A stretch of 64,000 bases of DNA, from contig CM082577.2 in NCBI GenBank assembly GCA_040954595.2, forward strand, positions 11,013,677 to 11,077,676, in the 5' to 3' direction. A program made the position numbers and the translations under genes. Of the stretch, positions 38,714 through 48,562 are shown piece after piece. The stretch is from Balanoglossus misakiensis (Eukaryota; Animalia; Hemichordata). Numbering within the stretch: the stretch's first letter is position 1; each line of letters begins with the position of its first letter. The notes below the pieces were generated by a model that did not search any database, was not told the origin of the DNA, and saw only the letters and a list, made by a program, of their open reading frames with translations.

Positions 38714-40868
38714 TACTAGTAATATAAATCTCTATTTACCATAAATACACATAAATTCGTCCAATGTGTTCACAGCTAAACATGTAACACATAGCTCAGT
38801 TGCATGTATTTACCACAAATAATTGATACAACGATTAAAGTTGAGCGCGCGACAAAAAACATCGAACGAGTGCCCAGTTGAGCTACATGTAGTCATTTGA
38901 AGAGTGTTTCTTTTATCTGTCAGTGGTTTTTCTCTGTGCAAACGACCGGGGCATGCATTGGCATATGATAAATCGGTTATCGCTCAATTTCACCTATTCG
39001 TTGAGGTGACTCGTACGATGTATCACACGATAACCTCATTCGGGTGTGGTATGCATTCTCAATGGATTCATTCGTGCAGTATATATGTAAATGAGGAAAT
39101 AATAAGAGCTGTAACGCCAACCAAATAATTTACAATAACATATTGTTAAGACCATGAATAATAATTTGACCTAAACCATATCCACCTAAAACATAATATT
39201 ATATTTATACATAAATCCCCCGTATTTCGAACTCGTGTACCTGAGTTCGCGACGTAGTCACACGAGTGAGGAATACTGGGGAATTATATATACTTTATAT
39301 TTATATTTTCCATACCTTTTTCATCAATGTTCAGGCTCCACAATTTAACAGGAACTTGCAGACGGCTGCAGAAAGTTCATCTACACTCAAAAAGATCTAT
39401 CGAGGTCGTATTATGTTGGTTGGGGCATATGGTGCAGGGAAGACATCAACCAAACGGAGTCTATTCGACGAGCCTTTTCAAGAAATATATCACAGTACTG
39501 ATGGAGCCGATATATACAAGATAGACATCACAGATTGGATAATTAATGGTATCTCATAAATGAGTGTTTTTATATCGCAGCCGTGCCCTATGCTCAAAGT
39601 AATTTAGGGAAGTCTAGTTAGCCCGTGGACCTTTTGAAAGTATTTCTATTGAACGTAAGGACAAATGATCTGATATCCTGGGAGGGGGCTAACAAGTTTG
39701 TATGTTGCAATTTTAGAAACCATGATTCTGTATTGATATTCATATTGCCTGAAATACATGTGGATGCAATGTATCTAAACAAATGGGAGCATGCTCCCAT
39801 AGATGCTATTTTAGAAGATGCCGACAAAACTGTTATTATTTCAACTACCATGTAACCAACGACCGTTTACGATGAGACGAAGTGCATTATTGGTGGGTGT
39901 TAGGTTGATCAGGGTACAACATACAAGATAAATTTCTTATAATCCGTACAAAGGGTATTAGAATATCGATTAGACAGAAAGACAAACAGACAGATAGGAA
40001 CACATCACGGAGGTTAACCAAATTTTAGGAAGTCTTCATGACTACAATATATATTTACAGCTACAGACCACTTGAATCGACATGGAAGCTGTTTACTTGT
40101 ATATGTTTTGGTGATGATAACATATGACATATTCCGTGCCTTTGTTTAGAACGTGTCACCGAATTCCAAGCCGGCGCAAAATCACCAGAAGAGACGCAGA
40201 GGTTACTAGAAAATGTTCTTCTTCTTGGGATGACCCATAACACATCACGTAGCTGGACTGGAGCATCTTCCACGGACGTTGCCAAAATAGCTGGTGTACT
40301 ACTGGATGCAATCAAGCTGGAAGGAGAAAGAATACATGATGTCCAGAAACGACTCACCAGGCGTTTGAAGACAACTAGGGACCATAATGCACCCGATATG
40401 TACTTCAGTTTGTGGGATTATGCGGGACAAAGTCTTTACTACATCACTCATCAGGTATATGTACACAAATCTTCAACCGTTGTTGCGTTAATTACACAGC
40501 TGCGATGCAACAAACTAATGATAATGCGACCATAGAAAAATCACTTTTAACATACGATGCGAATCTGAAAACCCATGCTCATTTTCCTATGTACAGTTCT
40601 TGTGTCCTAACCTAAAGTTGGTTGTAGAAATTGTAATGCGTATTATGCCTGGAAGATAAAGTATGTTGCGCATGACTGCTTCACGTTCACATTAACACCA
40701 AAGCGAATCTCTCTCTCTGTTATATTTTATTATTCAATCTGAATTATTTTTTAGCGAAAACAATAGGGGAGTAAGCCTGTATTTCTGATGAAAGCTGAAA
40801 TCCTTACGAAGCATTGAGATTCTTAAATTCTCTCTGTCTGTATGTTTGTCTGTCTCTCTCTCTCTGTC

Positions 40869-40922
<54 letters not shown>

Positions 40923-41089
40923 GTCTTTCTAGCAAACCGAGCGATTTACCTCCTTGTCACTGACCTCACAAAATCCCTCGACGATTCCATGTCCACGAAT
41001 TTGGAAGATGAGTGGACAGTAAAGGGTATTTACCACTTACATTGTGGCCCAATAATATTTATTAGCAAAGTTATAGTTGTAATCATACC

Positions 41090-41090
41090 C

Positions 41091-41185
<95 letters not shown>

Positions 41186-41290
41186 CGTATCTATTTATTT
41201 ATGTATCTATTTATTTATGTATCTATCGACTTATTTACTTGTTTATTTATTTATTTTTTTATTTACTTATTTATTTATTTACTTATTTAT
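41090..41290. repeat. (TTTA)n microsatellite in a Roco B intron
   Basis: Directly visible. Confidence 0.95.
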
Positions 41291-42308
41291 TAAATCTTCA
41301 CGTGCGAGACGTCATTTAAAGCCAGATCGACGGTTTGCTCTCCGTCGAGTTACGTGTGGGCGAAGTATATTTTCGAAAACCACAGTTTTGCCATTCTTCC
41401 AAACAACAGATCAGAATGCTCTCATTATATGGCTATTAGGAAAGAGAGGACAATAAATGCTGGCGCAAAATGACAGACCTTTATATATGAGATAAAGGCA
41501 ATCTTAACATTTAGCCCCGGTATATCAATAGCCCAGTCAACTAATGCTGTCTGGCGAAGAGAAATTCTAGAAACAGTGCACCTTCAATAAGGATAACTAA
41601 AACTCGAACCTTAAAACCTTATATTACCCGATGAAACATTTGATTCACAGATATATGCCTCCCTGCCTCTCATCCAGCCATCCACGCAAACGCACACACG
41701 GACGCTCACGCACACATACAAGCACGCACGCACGTACATGTAACAACACACACATGCGCGCGCGCTCACACACACACACACACACACCACGAAATAACTC
41801 TCCTTTTCAAATATAACTTCCTTCTAAGGCAACTACGTTTTTTTTAGAATTCCTGCGTTTTTGGACGAACTCGATTCATACCCATGCAAGACCAGAAAAA
41901 AGTGTGGAAGGAACACCTGCACCACCTGTCATCGTCTTAGGAACCAAGAAAGACCAACTCGTACAGGTAGGGCATTCAATTAAACATTCATTGGCAAGTC
42001 GCTTACTGAAACACATTCTTCCATTTGAATTACAGTCAAATGTGCATTTATTGGCAATACAATGAAATATACCTATATCGTACACATTGTACAACACGTG
42101 CTGCTTCCCATGTGTTAGAGATATGATTGGTATAACACAATCTTCAGTTTGTCATTACTCCCCCTTGCAGGGAAACCGCCCTCGTCGAGATGAAGACAAA
42201 GATATCGAAGGAGCGGCCAAGGAACGTCTTAACGAGATCAGGGACCACCTGAGAAAACATGCAACCAAGGCAGTTAATGCACATGTTGTCGACATGATTG
42301 CCATTGAC

Positions 42309-42712
42309 TAAGTATTTAAAGCCGCATCACTTCGCTCATGGATATGCCTATTGTTAAAGGAATGGGTCTGGGCTTTTGGAGGCGCATCCATAGCGAAGTG
42401 TAAAACCTCTTATATTCAAAAAGCGGGAGGGCGGGTGGGAATACATTCGCAAAGGATTTACCGAGGGGGCTGGTCATATAAAATCCCCACCCTGTCCCGT
42501 TTACGCACATAGCCCTGCTCTCTTGGCCTATTGCAAGGGAGGGACAGACTGTACGTTGCTCGTTGCTTTTATACTTCGGCTCATTTGCATATGGCGGATG
42601 GATATCGCTCTGTGCTGCGGTTTTGAATAACTAAGTATTTAAAGCCGCATCACTTCGCTCATGGATATGCCTATTGTTAAAGGAATGGGTCTGGGCTTTT
42701 GGAGGCGCATCC
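42309..42712 (-). repeat. 3' split direct repeats B2, A2, B1 of the YR element
   Basis: B (81 bp) at 42309-42389 and 42632-42712; A (106 bp) at 42526-42631 and 48578-48683. Confidence 0.93.
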
Positions 42713-43026
42713 GGACGCAAAGCCTATTCTCCTCGCGCTTGAGCCCATTATTACCTAGTTGGGTATCCCCCCAATCCTTAAAATACAGTCAACCAAAGTA
42801 ACAAACAAGCTTCCACTACAAACACACCCAACCTTCATCCAACCATAAATTACGGCTGGAAATGAAAAAGAACGAAAAACGGTACCTTCATTTTATTGTG
42901 CTTTATTCCGTTATACGTACTTGAAAATTGTCTGGTGCACTCTTCCCTGTCGGGGTATAGTGCGAGAGAGAGAAAACAAAGGGGAAAAAAATAAATTTAC
43001 TGTGTCAGAGAAATACATCGGGAGGC

Positions 43027-44310
43027 TCATTTTTTCTCAACAAAAGCCTTGGAAAATCCAATTAACTCATTGAGGTTCTCATATCTTTTTGTGTTCTGCT
43101 TTTCGTCGTTGGCTAACTCAGATAAGGTGCTTGCTGGTGATCCCCAACTAATGACCTTCCCTAACTGCATATAGTACTGTGCCGTTTCTTCCGCCCTCCA
43201 ACCCACATGGGACATAAGAGTCTTAATGTCCGTGCCTGCCATGGCCAAAGAAATAGCGCAAGCACTTCGGCAGCCATGTGGGGTTTCGCCTGCGTCGATT
43301 CCTACATCTAGTAGGTATGTTTTTAACCGGTGATAAGCTAATTGCGATGAGAACGGTTTTTGCTCTGGCACTCCCTGTGAGTTTGTAGGGCGAAACAGGT
43401 AACCTGTTGTAAGGTCGATATCGAGGCTGGATGCAAGCTCGAGATATGCCTCCAAAGTGTTAATCGGACACATGAGAGTATCTTGGCATCGCTTAACTGC
43501 GAATAGGTTTGACCCCGCCCCCCGGAGCGTTTTACCAAAGGTGTGATTGAAGAGCAGGCCTGAATTATCGGGTAGCCGCAAAATTTCCTGCGTTTTCACG
43601 TGTCCTAAATCATGCGCCCTGTCACCAGAGAAGGCTAGTAGTTTAAAAAATGCCATATCCCTGGCGAGAATGTACAATTGTTGAGCAGTTTGTGGGCTCT
43701 TCATTTTGTCTATAATATGACGGTAAATTAGCCGCATCTTATCTAGAAAGAGAGGTTTCGCCTGCTTTGGTGTCAGGAGTGCTCTGGCCTGTTCTTCAGA
43801 TGTTTTCTTAATGTACCTTTCTATTATAATTGACTCCAAGGGGTTAGGGGTGGCCTTACCGGCTACCACTGCCTGGGACTGATAAAATGTCTTTAATTTG
43901 GAGACCATATTTCTGACTGTATTGGCACGGAGCCTTTTTGGACAAGCACACTGCTGGAGTCCAGATGATCCTAAATGTGCACAATTTACCTCATGTACCT
44001 GAGTTTTCGCGTCTTTATCTTTAAAAATAAGGAACCTAGTGATATCTTGGGGTGTTGCCGACCAGATACTTTTTTTGCTATCCAACTTAAAAAGGAACGA
44101 CTCCAGTTGTTGGACGAGACGGTCCTTTTGTATTTCATGTTGAGAGCGATCGCCGAGAATGACTTGCATACGCTGATCGATTTCCGGCAGGTTAAAACCA
44201 GTTGGGAGACTTCCCTGGGCATGTTCACGCTGGCGAGAGTAGTGAGTCTTGGTGCCACAGTTATGGCAGTAGTTTTCGTGATGATTGTCCAACCCGCACA
44301 TCCAGCAGTC
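43027..44310 (-). CDS. Tyrosine recombinase of the DIRS/PAT-like element
   Basis: 424-aa ORF with catalytic pattern SGDR, KT, HGCR, HVGW, Y. An N-terminal CxxC..CxxC ribbon is completed by extending to the acceptor at 44310. Confidence 0.9.
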   Translation of the reverse strand, partial: DCWMCGLDNHHENYCHNCGTKTHYSRQREHAQGSLPTGFNLPEIDQRMQVILGDRSQHEIQKDRLVQQLESFLFKLDSKKSIWSATPQDITRFLIFKDKDAKTQVHEVNCAHLGSSGLQQCACPKRLRANTVRNMVSKLKTFYQSQAVVAGKATPNPLESIIIERYIKKTSEEQARALLTPKQAKPLFLDKMRLIYRHIIDKMKSPQTAQQLYILARDMAFFKLLAFSGDRAHDLGHVKTQEILRLPDNSGLLFNHTFGKTLRGAGSNLFAVKRCQDTLMCPINTLEAYLELASSLDIDLTTGYLFRPTNSQGVPEQKPFSSQLAYHRLKTYLLDVGIDAGETPHGCRSACAISLAMAGTDIKTLMSHVGWRAEETAQYYMQLGKVISWGSPASTLSELANDEKQNTKRYENLNELIGFSKAFVEKK

Positions 44311-44462
44311 CTAAGCGGGGAAAATTGGACAAGCACGTGAAGACGTACAGTGCGCATGATTTATTCGCTTGTATATAAAAAAAAAAAATACGTATATTTA
44401 TCCGTTGAATAAAATTATTTTTGTTTCTTTATTTTTTGTCTGTCTGTCTCCATAATTAAGAC

Positions 44463-46637
44463 CTAAGGGGCGAATGTAGCGACAAAAAGGTCGCACTGTA
44501 GCTTATACGGATGATAACCCGATCGTGTTGGCCCAAGCACGACGCCGACCTCCCCTCGACTGGCGAATTTGTTGAAACTACGTGCCGCCCTCTGGATTGA
44601 CGGCCAGAACGGAGGGTAGTGGCTCCGAGGAACGAGTACTGTTGCTTTTAGTGCGTTTTGGACGATGTGGTTCACAACAGCATGCACGAGCGAGAATGGA
44701 GGGTAGACATATAGGTTCTCATCTGGCGCGAATTTATAATTAAAGAAATTTACACCGGTGTTTTCGGGTTGTGGAAAAGCGGAAATGAATTTGGATAATT
44801 TAGCGTTAGACTTGTTTGCCATAGCATCGATTGTGTGTGGGCCAAATTGCCTGTCTATTTTCTTCCACGCCTCATCCGAGAGTGTGGCCTCTGACAAGGA
44901 CAGGTGCCTAGATGGCTGATCCGCGGGATTTTCATGTGATCTGACGTGCACTATCCTTAATCGAATATTCGACTCAAAACACCGGTTGAAGATCTTTTTC
45001 AACAGTTCGTTTAAACGAACTGATTTTGATCCGGGGAAGCCGCCATTCCATGCGTGGACTAGGATTGCGGAATCTGAGTGTATGTCCACCCGCGCGTCGG
45101 CTAGTTCTGACTTGAAAGCAACAAGTGCTCTGGCGAGAGCCTCGGCTTCCTTTTCTGCTATTGGTCTGGGCATCCACTCGGTTTCCCACGAGTCACTGAC
45201 TACTTGTCGCTGTTGCGAATTTGGCTGCAGTATCGCGGCCCATTTGAACGAGCTGGCGTCGGTGTATACATGTATAACGTTGTGGCTTTCTCGAGGCCAA
45301 CGAAATGGGGGAGCGTTACGTACAATCTGGAGCCAAAATTGCACTTCCTCCCGAAGGGGGCCTTTAATGCGCACCAAGTTCTGTGCCGATACCTGCATCT
45401 TAGATATGGCATGTGCCATTTGTCTTATATATAAACGCGCACAGGGGATTGCGAGAGCGAAAGAAATGCATTTCCCCATAACTTTTTGCAATAAAGTAAC
45501 TGGAATAGTGGGTTTGGAAAGTACTAACTCCGCCGTCTCGAGGAAGCGAGCTACTTTCTGTTCTGGGATGATGAAAGCTTGAATTTCCGTGTCTACCGTC
45601 ATTCCTAGCATTATTAGCGACCTAACGGGGTGCAGTATGCTCTTTTCTAAGGCAATGAAATACCCTGCATCGATGCACATAGCTAACAGGATGAATGCAG
45701 CAGCCTCCGCTAGTTCCAAGTCAGACCAGGAGCTGTGTTGTCTGCCTACGGTATTAGCCGTTGCTGGCAATCTCAGGGGGCCACCGTGTCTGTCGTCAAT
45801 ATATTGGAGGCACGGAACTCCTAACATTCTTGCATAACTAGTTATCGCATAGCCTAAGGTATGGTAGATGTAGGCGGACAATTTCCACCCAAACGGTAAT
45901 GAATTGTTCACGTACCAACGGCCTCCCCATTGGAAACCAAAATACCGCCTGTCGTATTCCCTAATGAGAACATGATCATAGCCGCTTTTATCATCACACT
46001 TGAAGTGGTATTCTCCTTTTTTCATATACCTTGAAACGTCTATTAACTTGTCCAGTTTAAAAGGCATGTCTCTGATCCATAGATTCAGGAAGCGCATGTC
46101 TATGCACATTCGCGGCTTCTTCGGTTCGACTGTTATCGGCATAACTATGTGGGGAGGTGGGTCCCTCCCAACTTCACCAAAGACAGAAATGGCCCCAGTC
46201 TGGAGTCTATCATGTATGGTTTTGGAAATGAAACCAACGAAATTTTGACATGAGGGGTTATTAGCAAAAATCTTTGCCGGTGGAGATGGTCCGTCATATT
46301 GACATCCCTTAAACGTGCCCCGAAAGTGCTTGAAGTACTGTGAAACGGTGACTTTGTCACATATCCAGTGCATAACTTGAGCCGGATTCTCTGCTGCCGT
46401 CGATAGGCGATTCCACACCTCCTTATGTTTATGAACCTCCCCGGCGACAAATTCATGTGGGTTTCTAAAAGATAGTAGTGCGGGCGACACTTTCTTGTTG
46501 GATTTAGCGACCTCATCGACATTGATAACGGGTCTCCTTGGTTCCTGTCGAGGGGCGCCCTCAAGAGATACCCATGTGTACGACTTTCTGGCGACTGGAA
46601 GTTCCTCAGGGCCGGTTTCCCATGCGTAGGGAGTGAA
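44463..46637 (-). CDS. Reverse transcriptase - RNase H - adenine-methyltransferase-like polyprotein
   Basis: KPRMCIDMRFLN, DDKSGYDH, LPFGW, YIDD (RT); YTDAS, EAEA, HSDS, NPADQPSR (RNase H); FGPHTIDAMA and YVYPPF (DIRS-type MT). The frame is open upstream to a candidate acceptor at 46637. Confidence 0.92.
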   Translation of the reverse strand, partial: FTPYAWETGPEELPVARKSYTWVSLEGAPRQEPRRPVINVDEVAKSNKKVSPALLSFRNPHEFVAGEVHKHKEVWNRLSTAAENPAQVMHWICDKVTVSQYFKHFRGTFKGCQYDGPSPPAKIFANNPSCQNFVGFISKTIHDRLQTGAISVFGEVGRDPPPHIVMPITVEPKKPRMCIDMRFLNLWIRDMPFKLDKLIDVSRYMKKGEYHFKCDDKSGYDHVLIREYDRRYFGFQWGGRWYVNNSLPFGWKLSAYIYHTLGYAITSYARMLGVPCLQYIDDRHGGPLRLPATANTVGRQHSSWSDLELAEAAAFILLAMCIDAGYFIALEKSILHPVRSLIMLGMTVDTEIQAFIIPEQKVARFLETAELVLSKPTIPVTLLQKVMGKCISFALAIPCARLYIRQMAHAISKMQVSAQNLVRIKGPLREEVQFWLQIVRNAPPFRWPRESHNVIHVYTDASSFKWAAILQPNSQQRQVVSDSWETEWMPRPIAEKEAEALARALVAFKSELADARVDIHSDSAILVHAWNGGFPGSKSVRLNELLKKIFNRCFESNIRLRIVHVRSHENPADQPSRHLSLSEATLSDEAWKKIDRQFGPHTIDAMANKSNAKLSKFISAFPQPENTGVNFFNYKFAPDENLYVYPPFSLVHAVVNHIVQNALKATVLVPRSHYPPFWPSIQRAARSFNKFASRGEVGVVLGPTRSGYHPYKLQCDLFVATFAP

Positions 46638-47270
46638 CTGAAAAGGATAGATATAAACTGTGGGCTACTACATGTAAAAATGTTCTCTTGAGGGGGCCCC
46701 TAGACAGGACCTCAGTAAGGCGAGGCTGCATGAATGCAAAGGACTGTTTTAGTCCTCCCTGCGTTCGGGGCGATGTTTGGTGTATGATAAATACGGTATA
46801 TCCGCTACTGGTTGAGTGGGGCCAATCTAGGAAGGCGAGATAAAAACAAAACAAAAAACACATTTTTTTTTTTTTTTATTTATTTTTTTTATTCTCAAGA
46901 CAACCTTTTTAATTGTCACGGAGGGTTGTAAGCACCTCGACTTTTCGTACATATCAAGTTATCAAAAGCATCACAGCAAGTTCTTAATCGTGGGTGTGCG
47001 TGTAGCGTTTGCTGAAGCCCAGTTCCTCAGGCACGTTTTTTGCGATTTTATGTATATGCGTGAATGCGTTCCGTCCATAGTGCGAGTGGTTGTGGAAAGT
47101 ATGCGATTGTGCAGGTGTGCATGAAGGCGTCAATTAGTGTGCAGGCGACCGAGAGGAGTATGCGTGTAGGTGTGCATGCGTGTACGTGGATGAGTAACCC
47201 ATGTTTACTTGCTGTGACGAAAAAATATCCACGATCAACAAGAAAAAAAAAAAACAGCAATGTGGTTACA

Positions 47271-47741
47271 CTACTTTCTATTTGGGCAGGCTCTGGCAAC
47301 ATGCCCTTTCTCACCGCATACAAAGCATTTGACTAATTCATCTTTGTTTCTTCTCTCGTATGGTCTAAATCGTTCGAATTGTGCTCTTGGGCGACGATAG
47401 CCGCCATGGCCGCTATCCCGCATAAACTTCGACACTTTCGACGCGATTTCCTCCTCTTCTTTATTTCCCAGTAGTAGAACTATCAACCTCCCAGCTTCTT
47501 GGCCGAAATCATTCGATTCAAACTGGGCTAGGACCGCCCGGAAGCGATGTAACTTTGGGTGAGCTGCTACCGTCGCCCTATCCACCAGGGCCCTCAGGGC
47601 GGCGATGAGCTGGGATCGTGAGGTTAACGATGGAGTATGGGCCAGGTGCATGACTTTTTCCAAGGCGTCATCCACAGATGCGGTTTCTGTCAATTCTTGC
47701 AGTTTCTTCACCTGCTTCTTTAGGTTCTCCAACTCCCCTTT
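47271..47741 (-). CDS. Gag-like protein, main exon, with CCHC zinc knuckle
   Basis: CFVCGEKGHVARAC at the C-terminus, a coiled-coil N-terminal part, and acceptor tttattgcag|AAA at 47741. Confidence 0.82.
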   Translation of the reverse strand, partial: KGELENLKKQVKKLQELTETASVDDALEKVMHLAHTPSLTSRSQLIAALRALVDRATVAAHPKLHRFRAVLAQFESNDFGQEAGRLIVLLLGNKEEEEIASKVSKFMRDSGHGGYRRPRAQFERFRPYERRNKDELVKCFVCGEKGHVARACPNRK

Positions 47742-48373
47742 CTGCAATAAACGTACACATACAATAACTTCTCTGCCCATTACCACGGGTGGAAAGTATA
47801 CTTGCTCTCCCGTACTGAATACTCCCCTTTTGTTTACAGGGCGAGCGCCTTATTACATAGGCATCAGCAAAATTCAAGGCGAACATGCTTCTGCCACGTA
47901 AATGACCGCTCACGTTGCTCCTCCCTCGAGCCTATGTATTTCCTTTGGCCTCAGCCACAATAATTCGGCGCTCTCGCAGTCATCACCGGATGAACTGCCT
48001 GGCCGGTCTCCTTGGCACTCATGGGTATAACCCACCCAGCTCTATTTAACAAACAAATGTTGGCGCTCTCGCAGTATATCACACTGCCTGGCCTGCCGCT
48101 CACTCCTGTAACTCCAAGTATTCGACGCATATTGCATAGAATTTTTTTTTTTTTTTTTTTTTTTTTTCAACTGGCGAAACAGGTGGTGTCAGGCCTAACA
48201 GGTGGCGGAGTTTCAAAATGGTGATTTGGCCTTCCACCTGCACTAGGAGAATTCGGAAGGCGAAACAAAAGGACAAACACGAGGAGAGAAGTTTTGGTGG
48301 CCCGTAGTGCATAAAAAACTGCACTGCAAAACAAAACCGAAATGACCGGCGGCATACAAGGGGGAATACTAAC

Positions 48374-48562
48374 CTGGGTAACACTGCTGCTGACGCTTGT
48401 TGCCTCTCCACTTGCTGGTGTTGGTGCAGGCTTAGGCGCTGCTGCGGCATTTTGCTGGGGTGTGGCACCACTAGGACCGGGTCTTGGCTGGGGAACGGAA
48501 AGTTCTGCGGAGTCCTGGTGTGAGTCCACAAAAGCTCGGGCTGCGGGACCAGTATGAGCCAT
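48374..48562 (-). CDS. Putative common 63-codon leader exon of the YR element
   Basis: accATGG just inside repeat A1, encoding Pro/Ala-rich MAHTG..SVTQ and ending in the phase-0 donor CAG|GTTAGT. Confidence 0.6.

Noticed and set aside
44986-46248. Plus-strand ORFs antisense to the RT gene, and minus-strand ORFs antisense to the COR exon
   Set aside because: These are shadow ORFs of real coding sequence with no recognisable motifs.
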